Shown here: positions 1 to 14,290 of the stretch, one piece after another
How positions within the stretch are numbered: the first letter of the stretch is position 1
How the letters are laid out: every line of letters begins with the position of its first letter
Origin: Octopus vulgaris
Lineage: Eukaryota
Assembly: GCA_951406725.2 (NCBI GenBank)
Contig: OX597826.1
Location: 74,400,001-74,464,000, forward strand
Reading direction: 5' to 3'
DNA length: 64,000 nt
Made by a program: the position numbers and the translations under genes
Notes under the pieces: model-generated
The model's input: the letters and a program-made list of their open reading frames with translations, nothing else
What the model was told of the DNA's origin: nothing
Databases searched by the model: none

Positions 1-63
1 AATCGAAACCGCGATCCTATGACAGCGAGTCCCCTGCCCTAACCACTGGGCCATTGCACCTCC
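1..63 (-). mobile_element. tRNA-like head of SINE family C, cut by the window edge
   Basis: Near-identical to 23600-23665 (AATCGAAACCGCGATCCTA...CCCTAACCACTGGGCCATTGC). Confidence 0.75.
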
Positions 64-460
64 TGGTTGAAGTCTAACACAGCTGCCAACACAGACTGGG
101 AATATCCTCGGTTGAGCGGGCGAGGGTGGTTGTGATGCAGAGAAGGTGCATGGACAAGTGAGACGCAGTCAATAACTTCAGCTTTAAATCTTTATCAAAC
201 ACTGAGTTAATGATTTTGGCCAAGGTGCTCTCAAAGAAAGCCGCGTAACAACGTACTGCTCCAGGCGTGCTATTCCAGGTAGATCCATTCAGAGACCATT
301 CCATCTTATGCAATACATCGCAGAGCGAAGCAGATCTGGATCTGGATCTTTGGTTAATTTTAGCTCGGTTTAAAGTATTCAATAGTGTTCTATCATCGGT
401 ACCTGGTGGTTGTGCTAAGCGCTGTCGGTTTCGATCCCCTGTACAGGAGCTGTAAAGGGA
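64..460 (+). pseudogene. L1/Tx1-clade reverse transcriptase fragment (early RT domains), decayed
   Basis: Manual translation across frameshifts: NNFSFKSLSNTELMILAKVLSKK, AIPGRSIQRPFHLMQYI, LILARFKVFNSV, HRYLVVVLSAVGFDPLYR. These match the L1/Tx1 motifs NFRPIxLLNxExKILAKVL, PGRSIxDN and LDQxKAFDxV. Confidence 0.75.
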
Positions 461-769
461 AGGGGGCGAAAAGTATGTGATCATGGGGGTGGGCTATGAA
501 AGGTGGCCCATGAGCGATTCTGATTAATGCCCTGAGACATGACCCGAAAACTAGATAAACCAGGATGAAAGATGATTGATTAAAATGATGAAAACGTCTG
601 GAGGAGAAATTTGGCATAAAGCTCTTGAGGTATTCCTGGAATGATGGTCTGATAAGGAGACGCCAACAGGAATGTAGCTTCGTTGTTTCCTTAGGTAATT
701 GTACAGTGAAGTAGAAAGGCGAAAGAAGTTCTTTTGGTTTAAAATGTAGGCATAAGTACAAAGTGTACA

Positions 770-1200
<431 letters not shown>

Positions 1201-3304
1201 AAATAATGTCAGCGATAATATTGTAATTAAATTCCGATCTGAGTTGAACGCCGTTTCTTCACAGCACTTTACGTGTGTGTGTGTGTGTGTGTGCGTGTTT
1301 GCATGTCTGTCTCCATATATTCACGTTGCTTCGCTGTTCGGTTATCTATCAACATGTTCACTATACACACATACACACATATATCTATATAGACACACAA
1401 TCATACCTATATACACATCCATGCCTATATACTCTCGCACAATAAAGTCAGCTTCCCTGATACAAGGAAATGTTGATCATCTTTGCTCTGTGACGCTTTC
1501 TGTTCAAACTGTCATTGACAGCCGCCATTTTGTTATCTATCAGAGATATCGTCAATAAACGGCCGATGTAATATCAGTTACCGCCTAGAGTGTTCAGGCT
1601 TGGGTTTTAAGTTCAGTCTCAGCATGATTCTACTGGACCATTATCTCTCTAACAGCTAAATGCTATAAGCACTGAGTTGTGATAAATTGACAGAGACACA
1701 CCAAAGCTGGTAACGATAATATATACCCTACACTCGTCTTTTCGGCTGACTGTTCTTGTTATACCAGATCAAACTTGACCCATGGTTTCCTAGTTTATAT
1801 TTGGGACTTATTGACACTGCGATGTCTGTATCATATGTAAAGATCAGTAAAAATAAAATTAACCCTTTGCTTGTCCCGTATATCACATTTAATGTGCGGA
1901 ACATATTTCCCTGGTCTCCATGCATCATATATGATATATATTCTCGATATTTTTTCAACCACGGGGGCAACTCGTGATTTATGAGAGTAAAGCTTGATAT
2001 CACTCAGAACGTAGGAAAACAAGGGCAAACTAAAAGTCTGAAAACGAACATGAACGATCTAGACAGACTTACGAAAATTCTTTGAGCAGGCAAAGGGCGA
2101 AGCAAAGTTGTTAGATTCTTATTTCAGAAACATTCCTCATATTCTTTTCATCCTGAAAATTATTTCAAAATCGTAAGAAACTCTGTAATATACTCAAATA
2201 TTCTATAACACTTCTTTAAATTATCGTCGTTGAATCTGTTTGAAAAAAGATCTGATATCGATTGAACGGAAAGAAGTAAATTTTGTCTGAATTTGAACAT
2301 AAGAGAGGCGGAAATAAAATGCTTCCCTGCATATAACTGTATTGAGTAAAATGGACGACGCAAGAAGGCGACGATGGTCCCATCTGTCATGTAACAACAT
2401 CAGCAACAAAGTTAACAGAGGAACTAAATGTGGGGCTGATGATGGTGCTTTCGTTGTGACGATCGCTTTTAATGATTAAAGGTCTTTACAAATTGTAGTG
2501 CCTTAATCACGAACCCACGAATCTGGAATAATGCATCTGTGGATGAAATCAATGTCATATAAGGAAAGGTTGGTTACATTCTCGCATACATACGTAGATA
2601 CATATACACACACTGACGCACACAAATTGGTATGGATGTTAATGATCGCGGTTATAAACTCCATAGCCTCCAGCACGTATTTGATTGGCGAGAGTAAATG
2701 AATGCAAGCTCGGCATGATTTACTAATACTAAGAACTCTACAACTCCAATCTCTGTACTAACATTGGATGTTCATGTTACGAAATGAAGAAACACATGAA
2801 TAATATATACAGTACTTAATTTCAAGCTACAGATATTTCAATCGCATGGCAACTTATTTGCATATAATGTACTACATAATTATTATATAAGCTATATCGT
2901 CTGCCATTTCATCGGCATTTATGAACCAATCAGAAAACAACAAAGCCGCACCAGTTTCTTTTCCCTTTTACTCTTATATTTTACTATTTTGAGCTCAAGA
3001 GCTGCAGCCATGCTGAGGTGCCGGCGTTAAAATATGAATGCATTGGCCGCGAATCGAACTAAGGTTCTGCGCGGGGCAGGTGAGCCTTGTTCCAAAGGAT
3101 TTCATTTCAAATGTTTGTATACATTCATATTATACTGTATATATTTAGGAATTATTGCATTATCTTTTCGAAATATCTTTTCGAACGCATCATTTAACAA
3201 CGTGAAAATCAATGGTAGTAGAAGTTTTGCGTTACTGCAAGCTTTCAAAGACACATTATTCCCGCCGTAACGTGATTCTTATATATCATATAAATATAAT
3301 AAAA

Positions 3305-3556
3305 TAAATGCGCCCTTTTAAAGCCTAGCCAGGCTGATGGGCCCGGTTTCCCGGTTTCTATAGCGTATGTTTTCCCCAGCTGGACGGGACGCCAGGCCAT
3401 CGCAGCGTTACTCATTTTTGCCAGCTGAGTGGACTGGAGCTACGTGAAATTAAGTGTTTTGCTCAAGAACACAACGCGTCGCCCGGTCCAGGAATCGAAA
3501 CCACAATCTTACGATCATGATTCTGACACACTAACCACTAAGCCATGCGCCTCCAC
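3305..3556 (-). mobile_element. SINE family D (tRNA-derived head, GTTGTGTTCTTGAGCAAAACACTT core)
   Basis: Minus strand has A/B-box-like GGCTTAGTGG...GGTTTCGATTCC. Close copy at 39892-40138; diverged copies at about 8565-8750 and 59755-60066. Confidence 0.85.
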
Positions 3557-3630
3557 TTTATATATCATATATTATATATTATATCACACACACACACACA
3601 CACACACGCGCGCGCGCACACACACACACA

Positions 3631-3673
<43 letters not shown>

Positions 3674-4001
3674 GCGCGTACACACACACACGTACACACA
3701 CACACACACACACACGCACACACACATATGCAAAGGAATAAATGTTAGGACAGCAAGTCAGGCAAGTCGACGTACAAAAATTATTAAATACATTTAATAC
3801 GAAAAATGGACATATGTATATATATATATAAAAAGTTCGACTTGCACAGAATAAAAATGGTATCAGGAATTAAAGAGGCTGAGTAGGACTTTTACAAGAC
3901 CAACAGCTGTTTCTGGGGTTTGATGGCTGTAAATTGATTCCAACCCATTTAATTCCTGACATCATTTCTATTGTATGGAAACCGGACTTCTTACATATAT
4001 A

Positions 4002-4570
4002 CACTACCGTCAGAAATTAATTAGCACCCTTGATTTGCTCACCATGAAGCATATGGTTGGGGTGGTCTGATGGTGTGAGGGGCGTTCAGCTACAGTGGTG
4101 TTGGGCGGCTCTATGCCGTCGAAGGCAACATCAACGCAGCAAAGTACGTTGAGATAGTACGGGATACCTCTTTGGTGGCGAGGAGTACGTGCTGGCCAGT
4201 CACCTGACCTGAACTCTATTGAGAACCTCTGGAGTCGATTGGGTAGGGATTTGAATGTGCAGCAATACAGGAACCGACACGAGCTGTTTGGGGCACTTCT
4301 TGCTGCATGAGGGGCCATCCCGGCACAGTACCTGCAGGCACTCATAGACAGCATGCCGACCCGCATAGCAGCTGTCATTGCTGCCAAAGGAGGAGCAACA
4401 AGATATTGACTAAATTTCACGATTAATAACAATTATGTGGTGTGCTGGGATATGTTTTAATAAATTTTTGATTAAAAACGAGTTCATTTCTGATAATAAG
4501 TTAATTAAATTAAGAAAATGTAAGAAAATGTAGAAATTTGAGAAGTGCTAATTAATTTCCGATGCAAGTG
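4002..4570 (+). mobile_element. Internally deleted Tc1-like DNA transposon
   Basis: Imperfect TIRs (CACTACCGTCAGAAATTAATTAGCAC vs reverse complement CACTTGCATCGGAAATTAATTAGCAC) with TA on both sides. Translation GQSPDLNSIENLWSRL...LIDSMPTRIAAVIAAKGGATRY* is a Tc1 transposase C-terminus. Confidence 0.9.
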
Positions 4571-4618
4571 TATATGCACATTTTTTTGCATTAAAAGTAT
4601 TTAATATTTTGTGTGTGT

Positions 4619-4846
4619 AAGGCGGCGAGAGCTGGCAGAAACGTTAGCACGCTGGGTGAAATGCTTAGCAGTATTTCATCTACCGTTACGTTTTCAAATC
4701 CCGCAGAGGGCGACTTTACTTCTCATCCTTTCGGGGTCGATTAATTAGGTACCAGTTACGTACTGGGGGCGATGTAATCGACTTAATCTCTTTGTCTGTC
4801 CTTGTTTGTCCCCTCTATGTTTAGCCCCCTGTGGGCAATAAAGAGA
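4619..4846 (+). mobile_element. SINE family A (tRNA head plus Nin/Deu-like domain)
   Basis: AAGGCGGCGAG..CTGGCAGAAACGTTAGCACG head and CATCCTTTCGGGGTCGAT core. About 25 copies or fragments in the window. Confidence 0.9.
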
Positions 4847-4968
4847 TATTTTGAGTATATGCCTAACTTACTTGTCCCTACTCTTACTCTTCAACCTGCT
4901 CAAGTTCAAATCCCTTTAGTACTACAAAGTGTATTTTATACAGAGAACACCTGTCTCTTATCTATAGA

Positions 4969-5010
<42 letters not shown>

Positions 5011-5385
5011 GTATGTACGTGTATATATATATGTATGTATACATATATATGTATATATATATATGTATATATAAGTATATATATATATATATTAATTAAT
5101 AAATAAAATAATATATAAATATAAAAATATACTTAAATACATATATATATTTGTATATATATATAAAATTTATAAGTTTAAATTATTTAAATAATTTTTT
5201 ATTTCTAACTTTTATATTTTTAAATTAATTTTATGTATTGGCTTATGTTTTTCACTGTTTGATTTGCCTAATAGTGGTTTTATCTCTAATTTAATATAAT
5301 ATAATATATATATATATATATATATATACAATGTACCAGTGCACAATTCCATCCAAGTAACCAACTACTTGACAGAGATGTATGC

Positions 5386-5462
<77 letters not shown>

Positions 5463-5694
5463 CATATGTATATATATAAACTTTCATTTAATCAAGATAT
5501 CCTTGGCTTGAAGAGTAGCCTGCAGTATACACCTCGCTTGGATATTTACAAAGTCCGAGGTTCTGCTCGCTATGAAACATATGTAGCCCAGATCTTATCT
5601 ACTCCACCCCTTAACTCTTGTGTATATACATACAAACATACATACATACATACATACATACATACATACATACATACATACATACATACATACA

Positions 5695-5742
<48 letters not shown>

Positions 5743-6247
5743 GGGAGAGAGAGAGAGAGATGTATCTGTATGCGCGCACATTATTAGATAAATACAATAT
5801 AACTGGGCACACATTCCACATCTCAGTGAAACAAGCTCGCGATGAGAGACTCCAAGTCATACATAATACCTTTCTGTATTTCATACGATCTTTAATGTCA
5901 CCAACGTGCAACAATGTTTTTGTTAAATACGCAAATACATTCTTTGTACAATAGGTTTGAAACACGAGAGCCAACGATTGTGTCTGATACTTTTGTTTAT
6001 TATTTCTTACTAGTTTTAATCATTGGATTGCTATTATAGTGAAGCACCGCCTTCAGGAATCCAATCCCTCATATCGGGTCTTGTATTTATTTTATTTCTC
6101 CCGTTTCTTATTGACAAAACTCGACTATAAAACATAAAGCAACAAAATATGAACAGAAATACATTAAACATACATATGCAAACCTATACACATACACACA
6201 CGTATTATACTTACATCCACACACACATACATATATGTGTGTGTGTA

Positions 6248-6301
<54 letters not shown>

Positions 6302-6304
6302 AAA

Positions 6305-6672
6305 TTTTATCTAGTTTCAGCTCACGAGCTGTGTCCATGCTGGGGCACCGCCATTTGGTGTTGCTACATAATTTTACTTCACGAATGCTTTTTAGCTATT
6401 GACATTTCGTGCATGAGAGAGTTTGATGCAGCTGCCCTCATCTGCACCTCCTGCCGCGAAGTTGGTTCATCTGGGACACCTGACAGGAAGAGGTCCAGCT
6501 TTACTTTGAAGACACCTCCATCCACCCCATGCAGGTCTCTCAGGTCCTTCGGGAGGATATTGAAGAGCTGCGGACCTCTGAAGCCCAGGCTATTGCAGTA
6601 TCTTGTCCTACATCTTTATGGCAAATTTGGAGTCCTTGGCACAATGCACTGGCGTCCAGTTCTAGTATTTGT
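6305..6672 (-). pseudogene. CR1-type LINE 3' end (ORF2 C-terminus and 3' UTR)
   Basis: Minus translation RTGRQCIVP...NSLGFRGPQLFNILPKDLRDLHGVDGGVFKVKLDLFLSGVPDEP...RAAASNSL...KHS*, followed by a short 3' UTR with a terminal hairpin. Confidence 0.85.
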
Positions 6673-6689
6673 GTACTAGAAAAAAAAAG

Positions 6690-7299
6690 AGTGAAAAAAC
6701 TACAGAAGGCTTGTGTTATATGGTTAAATAATATATTTAAATCGTTATGATAGAAAAATGTTATAAAATTTTGCGTATAGTAACACTGTTTTTGGAGAAA
6801 TAACCTGTTTCGTATTTTCTTTTCAAATTTCTCAAATTTCTTTACCTATATCGTGTCATGTCTTCGCTATGTTGTGAAATATGGAGTTCCAGACAGGGGA
6901 AGGTAATCAGGGAGTTTTCCGGTATAAGGGAGATAATAAAAAAATGTTGGGAATGATTAGATTTGATTACTTAAACATGATTTGGTTTTGAAGGAATAGA
7001 ATGTTACAAATGGTTAGGTTTTGCTTTGTATTATTTTTCAATGAGGTGTGTTTCCTTATTTAAAAATATTAGAAATGGTTAAGTTTTGGCTTATATTTTT
7101 CAATGAAGAAGGTTTCCTTATTTAATCTAATTTGTGTTGGTGTTCCAATGGCACATTGATAGAATGGAAAGATTATAAATTGTGGTAGTAGTTGCTTTGC
7201 GCATTTCTCAATATGTTCACTAAAGGGTATCATTCTGTATTCTGGGAATGCAATCTGCTGTCGATGCAGAGCGCATCTGCATCTGAGCGATAATACCGT
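6690..7299 (-). pseudogene. Penelope-like element fragment: GIY-YIG endonuclease C-terminus and 3' flank
   Basis: 7069-7299 translates as SLRCRCALHRQQIAFPEYRMIPFSEHIEKCAK...FIIFPFYQC...RLNKETFFIEKYKPKLNHF*, with the R..E..FI...P.LN end typical of PLE endonucleases. The last ~55 bp of the ORF are duplicated at 7008-7063. Confidence 0.8.
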
Positions 7300-7436
7300 G
7301 GACCCTATTAAAATAAATTATCTTTTACATACTATTTTAAAATCACTTTGTTGCCCTCATGAAATTCCTTACACACATGCATGCAAACATACTGGCAAAC
7401 ACACAACACTCAGCGTGAGCGATATACTTTATAGAA

Positions 7437-7504
<68 letters not shown>

Positions 7505-7568
7505 TGATAAATATCTATATAGAGTGGGAAAGTTTATCACGAGAAAAGCGAAAAATGAAAGAGATAGA

Positions 7569-7625
<57 letters not shown>

Positions 7626-8180
7626 GGGAGAGAGAGCTCTTTCCTTTAGTTGTCCCGAATTAAAAAATTTTTTAAATAATGTGAAAAATTTTCAAATTTG
7701 GTATGTCGATGCACTTTTTCATGTTGAATTTGAGTTTGTGATTCATATTCTAGAAAATTTTAGACAAATGTCACAGACGTTTAAAGCTTGATCATATTTA
7801 CCTAATCAGAAAACATGATTTGTAGGTAATAGCTGTCACGAAATGAAAGTAAACATTAGAAGATGAGGTTTCAAACGAAATGAAACAAATGCATGAGAGT
7901 TAATATATATGCAGAGAAAGTAACAAATAGAGAGAGAGAGAGGGTGTGACAAGAGAGTGTGGCAAGTACATAGAAAGAGATAGAGTGATAGTGAGAGATA
8001 GAGAGCGAGAGATTTGTAGATCTAAAAGTTGGTTTATGTCTCGTAACAAATTATGATATTATTTATGGACGACCTTTCTTTGGGACGCAGATTTCGAAAA
8101 TAAAATTCGCATTTTTTCGAGGGCGCAGCATTTCAGAGCCTTTCAGGGCTAAACATACATACATAACCACGTACATTCGC

Positions 8181-8215
<35 letters not shown>

Positions 8216-8224
8216 AATATATGT

Positions 8225-8267
<43 letters not shown>

Positions 8268-9125
8268 CATACATACATATATATAAAATATACATATGTG
8301 TGTATGTGTTTGCGTGTGTGTGTACACGCACGCATACACGCGTGCATACGCACATATGCACGTACACGTACGCACGCACACACACACACACACACGCACA
8401 CACACACACACACACATAGGATCTCATTTAACATTAAATGGTTCTGACTGTGACGCACCCTTCAGAAGCGGAGATAAGTTTAATAAGTTTAATAAATCAA
8501 AAATTATGTTCTATGACATTTAATATACTTGTATTTCTCTGTCATAAGTCGAAAAGAATATCAAAGGTCCTTCCCGAGCCATAGTCTCATAGGACCAGTC
8601 TCCGGATATTTTGGCTTGTATATTCCCCCCCCACACTTCCGGTTCAAACGCAGGTCCGTTGTAACATCACTTATTTTTGCCAGCTGAGCAACGTGAATCG
8701 AAGCCACAGTTTTACGACCATGAGTGCCGTACCCGAAGCACTAAACCACGTTATCCCCACCCCACCCGAGTATTAATAATCCCTTCAACTAAAGGCACAA
8801 GGCCCGCACATCGACGCCAGAGCGCAGCAGTTACTTATTTCATTGACCCCGAAAGGATAAAAGGCAAAGTCGACTTTGACGGAATTTGAACTGAGAACGT
8901 AAAGACAGACGAAACGCCATTAAAGATTTTCCTCTTAGAATGATAAAAGGCAAAGCCAATCCTTTTACGTTATGAATTCAAATTCGCTCGGGATTACCTT
9001 TGCCTTTTATCATCCTAAGTAGATAAAATAAAGTAGCAATCATTACCAATCTGTGTATATAATCGATCCCCTCAAAAATTATGGCGATTTGGGGGTTGTA
9101 TTAGAGATCGATATTTAGTTATTTC

Positions 9126-9588
9126 TGGGTGGTGAGCTGGCGAAATCGTTAGCACGCCGGGCAAAGTGCTCACCGGCATTTCGTCCGTCTTTACGTTCTT
9201 AGTTCAAATTCCATTGAGGTCGACTTTGCCTTTCATCATTTCAGGGTCGATAAATTAAGTACCTGTTTCTTTATTACCCACATGGGGCTAAACATAGAGA
9301 GGACAAACAAGGACAGACAAACGGATTAAGTAGATTACATCGACCCCAATGCGTAAGTGGTACTTATTTAATCGACCCCGAAAGGATGAAAGGCAAAGTC
9401 GACCTCGGCGTAATTTGAACTCAGAACGTAGCGGCAGACGAAATACCTCTAAACATTTCAACTAACGTGCTAACGATTCTGCCAGCTGGCCGCCTTGATA
9501 AATTAAGTACCAGTTACGCACTGGGGTCGATTTAATCCACTTAAGCCCTCCCCCGAAATTGCTGGCATTCTGCCCAGAATTTGAAAAT
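9126..9588 (+). mobile_element. SINE family A with a nested antisense family A copy (9264-9496)
   Basis: Outer TSD GATATTTAGTTATTT (9110-9124 and 9589-9603); inner TSD GATAAATTAAGTACC. Confidence 0.9.
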
Positions 9589-10017
9589 GATATTTAGTTA
9601 TTTGCCTTTATTTTCTAGGTTCAAATACCGCCAGGATTATCTTTATCATTCACACCTCACAGGGGCAGATAAAACAAGTAACAATTAATTACGGAGCTCC
9701 ACATGGTCATTGTTCTATTTTCCAGGCACCGAACATTTTACATTGAGAAAAGCATGAACGCCACCACTTCCTGTTTCTTTTCTTTCGTAAAACTTATAGG
9801 TTCAACAGTTGTGGCATCAATGTGTGCCACTGGAAGAGTGGTGGGGCCGAGTGAGGCGGAAGAGCACTGGTCTAACAGCGTCGTGTAATTATATTTCATC
9901 CATCTCAGTTCTGAGTCTTCCAATACCTGTAATATACTGGGGAGAAAGCAACTGTATCCGCTCCCTGATAAATTGGCCACCACTCATGTGTATGCGTGTG
10001 TATGTATATAGGCATGT

Positions 10018-10050
<33 letters not shown>

Positions 10051-10337
10051 TTGTGTGGTTGTGTGTTTTGTATGTGTGTGTATGTGCGTGTGTTTTGTGT
10101 GTGTGGGTAAGCAGGTGTTGTGTGTGTGTACAGATATGTATCGTGTGTGTATAGGTGTGTTGTGCGTGTGTGTGTGTGTGTGTGTGCGCGTGTGTGTATT
10201 GTGTGTGTGCGTGCGTGTGCGTGCATGTGTGTGTAGGTATGTGTTGTGTGTGTTAGAGAATTTTAATTTCGTACTCGCCTGATGTCATTTATGGTGAGAG
10301 TATGTAGTCAAAGCGTTAATGAGAGACGAGAAGTTAA

Positions 10338-10388
<51 letters not shown>

Positions 10389-11566
10389 GAAAAGATAGAG
10401 CGTGGGCCATATGCATTTCCTTCCTCTTCACCCAGTTGAAATCTATCGTCAACAACTTGCCAAAAACCCGCCAAAACTGCAACATTCACGAACTACAAGA
10501 TTTGCAACTTTAATCAAGCCACCCGCCCATACTGCACAGTCTAAATCCCATTTATCCCTCCCCACCACATTTTTTGTTTAATTTCCTCACATTTGTTTTA
10601 TATATTTTCTTCACCATATTTATTCTTTTCCATCTTTTTCATTTTTCTCTTCCCTTTTTTTTCTTTATATATTTTTCAATTATTCAAGCATTTTTCGTCT
10701 TTTCCACCATTTCTTTCTCGTTGCTTCTTTCATTGCTTTCTCTATCCCCCACCATGACGTACGATATCCAGTGAAATATTTCAAGCCATTTCGAATGTTC
10801 GCCACCGACATTCTACTTAGTGACTGTCGGTAGGATCACACTTATCAATTTATTTCTTAGCCATTGTCAACAGCTCGAATGTCGAACTTGATGTCAAAAG
10901 CATAGCCACAGTCTTATTCTAATTTCTCTGTCATTCTTCTCACTCTCAATACCGTCTGTGTCTTGTTTTCACTGTCATGTAGATCTTTATTATACAGTCC
11001 AGTATGTATTGTTTGTCGCTAACAATTCAGTCATTACAACTGTATGGCTGACAGTCTCTATAATCTTAATTACATCTTTAACCTTGTGTGGTCCATTATT
11101 TTTCTATATTTCTTTCTTTCATATTGTATTTCGCAGCTATTTTCTTCATTGTGTCTGACGTAACTAAACTGTACCTTATTATCGTTGGTGAGAAGAGGAA
11201 GTAAAAGAGGGAAATTACATAAGACTTGCGTTTAAATTTGATTCGTAAAATGTCCGATTCATGACTGCAGCGAGTGATCAAAAAGAAATAAAACAATCAA
11301 CCAATCAAACACAATGGATAATTAAATTCAGCAAGCAGTAAGGGTAGAAATACCAGCAACAATATTAGCAATGACCGCTGGGAAATACGGCAGAGAGATG
11401 TCGATACAGAGATGCTGGAGTTTTGAGATGTTCCCGGTTGTATACATGGTGCAGCAGCCACAAAAGCGCCCCAACTATTTCTGCTGTGTTGTATCTCATC
11501 CTTTGATATTGTCCTCTATGTCTCGGGCATTTGTGGCCAATAAAAGAAATCATCCTTATCATTACT

Positions 11567-11963
11567 AGGCGGCGAGCTGGCAGAATCGTTAGCACGCTGG
11601 ACGAAATGCCTAGAGGTATTTCGTCTACCGCTACGTTCTAAGTTCAAATTCCGCCGAGGTCGACTGTGCCTTTCATCCTTTCGGGGTCGATTAAATAAGT
11701 ACCAGTTACGCACTGGGCTCGATATAATCGGCTTGGTCCGTTTGTCTGTCCTTGTTTGTCCTCTCTGTGTTTAGCCCCTTGTGGGTAGTAAAGAAATAGG
11801 TATTTCGCCCGTCGCTACCTTCAGCGTTCAAATTCCGTCGAGGTCGACTTTGCCTTTCATCCTTTCGGGGTCGATAAAATAAGTACCAGTTGAACACTGG
11901 GGTCGATCTAATCGACTAGTCCTCTCCCTCCTAATTTGAAGCCTTGTGCCTCCAATAGAAAGG
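11567..11963 (+). mobile_element. SINE family A dimer
   Basis: Full unit, then a restart at GTATTTCG; ends at an (ATT)n tract. Confidence 0.9.
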
Positions 11964-12038
<75 letters not shown>

Positions 12039-12230
12039 TGCCCTTCATCCTGTCGAGGTCGGTAAAACACTGGGGTCGATGTAATCGATTAGTTCTTTCC
12101 CCTAAAATTTCAGGTTTTCTGCCTTCAATGGAAGGTACTACTATTTGTAGTAGTATTAGTAGTATTAGTAGTATTAGTAGTAGTAGTAGTAGTAGTAGTG
12201 GTAGTAGTAGTAGGAGGAGGAGGAGGAGTC

Positions 12231-12284
<54 letters not shown>

Positions 12285-12634
12285 TGTTACCCCAGCAAGG
12301 CTCACTTACTTAAACATACCAAGGACCCTTTACTCGATCGACAGAGTGTCAGCGACGTGCCGAGCAGCACACCTCAGGCATAAAAACCTTGCTTCTGCCA
12401 GGTTGAAGATAACAGTGTACATTCCGACACACACAGATTTATCATTTTGGTGTAGGGTGGAAGTCTGTGCAGGTTGTATCTCCTCCGGCAGGTCCTGGGG
12501 GATGCTTATAAACGTAGGCATAAGGCAAGATGTATTCATCAGAGCGTGACAGTTCTGGTTCTTCGACACTTAGTTTTAGTAGTGTGCATCCAAGCATTTT
12601 ATGTTTCGGGATGGAGATATTTAGGTGTGTGTGT

Positions 12635-12683
<49 letters not shown>

Positions 12684-12819
12684 ACATTCATCTGCGTATA
12701 TATATATATATACATATATATGCATATATATATATACATATATATGCATATATATACGCACACACACACACACACACTATACATAAGTACAAATGTATGT
12801 ATCGGTCATTTAAAAATGT

Positions 12820-13030
12820 AACCACATGTGCATCGTTGGCGATTTTTTCCTTCGTCTTCATTTTCTATTGGACTTACCTTTGCTTCTGAAGAAGAGCTTT
12901 GCTCGAAACGTTAAACCATCTTTCTTTCCTTCCCTGATCGTCTACTAATACATTATATGTACCACGTCCCCATGTTGTTGTTTCTTTGTGTTTGTTCTTC
13001 GTTTTTTTTTGGGGGGGTGGGGAATTTACT
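12820..13030 (+). mobile_element. Hammerhead-bearing short element (diverged copy of subfamily A)
   Basis: GCTT-CTGAAGA-A-GAGC-TTT-GCTC-GAAA-CG-TT-AAAC at 12882-12916 (canonical core). Flanks match the other copies; ends in (TA)n. Confidence 0.75.
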
Positions 13031-13064
13031 ATATATATACATCTATATAACACACACATATATA

Positions 13065-13100
<36 letters not shown>

Positions 13101-13384
13101 ATATAACACACACACACATAAATATGTATATGTGTATATATATATATGTGTCTGTATATATATATATATATATATATAATATGTAACCAATATTTGGTAG
13201 CCATGATAAAACTCCGAGTTATGGATGTCGGGGCGGAAACCCACGCCGGCATCTCTTCAGTTATCGGGCCATCAAAAAAAAAATGTATAAAAATAGAGAG
13301 AATAATTGTCACATATATTTACAGATAAATTCCTCTATTTACATAATATCGAGGTCTCTTCCATTCTTTTGTTGTCTGACCATT

Positions 13385-13452
<68 letters not shown>

Positions 13453-13455
13453 TAT

Positions 13456-13490
<35 letters not shown>

Positions 13491-14061
13491 TGCTTGTGAT
13501 AGACTTTGATGGATAATAGTTCAAACTTTGACTTGAAACACAATTCTGTAGTATATATGTTTATTAGTAAGAAAAAGCCATATGGAGCTCTCTCTCTCTC
13601 TTTCTCTCTCTCTTTATTTCTCTCTCTCTTTATTTCTCTCTCTCTTTATTTCTCTCTCTCTCTTTCTCCCTCTTTCTCTCTATCGCACACACAGACACAA
13701 ACATGTGTGTGCTATCTTTATAAATGTTTTTTTATAAACCATAAAAAGAATTTAATTTATTAAAAGGAATGAAATCTTGTCTTTTACCATTTTAGAAATT
13801 TTTTTACAGTTCCTGGAAGTCTGTGATTAATACAAATGTAAACATGTCACCTTTTATTAGCTGAACATTTGCTATTTATCACAGACTGTGTATGACAAGG
13901 TTGTTAAGTAAAAAATAATATCTATTTCATGATCATATGGATTTCACACGCAAATAATATCTACAGAGAATGCGGATTAGAAGTTACGGGCGACTTGTAA
14001 CTTTTTAGTAATAAGAACTTGTTGGAACTTTTCAGTTAAGCAAAGCCTACCAAATCGTAAC

Positions 14062-14290
14062 TCATTGAAGTACGGAGTACATCTCAATCTGTACTGCATT
14101 GAAGTACGGAGTACACCTCAATCTGTACTGCAAAGCTTCAATACTGAAGCATTTCCTTCTTTCAAGCACCTCATCGTCACTCAAAAACATCTGTCTGAGA
14201 AATTGTTGATCAAAACTTTCCATAAGTTCTAAGTGCTTACGATACACAGTCCAGGCTTCGTAAGCATACAACAAAGAGGTTAATACAATA
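14062..14290 (-). pseudogene. RTE LINE C-terminal fragment
   Basis: LYAYEAWTVYRKHLELMESFDQQFLRQ; highly similar to 18165-18365; ends in a ~34-bp tandem duplication. Confidence 0.85.

Noticed and set aside
1728-2409. Short ORFs, possibly a hAT transposase relic
   Set aside because: Only a vague resemblance; no diagnostic motif or TIR found.
9703-9983. Possible exon after a pyrimidine tract
   Set aside because: No recognisable protein in any frame.
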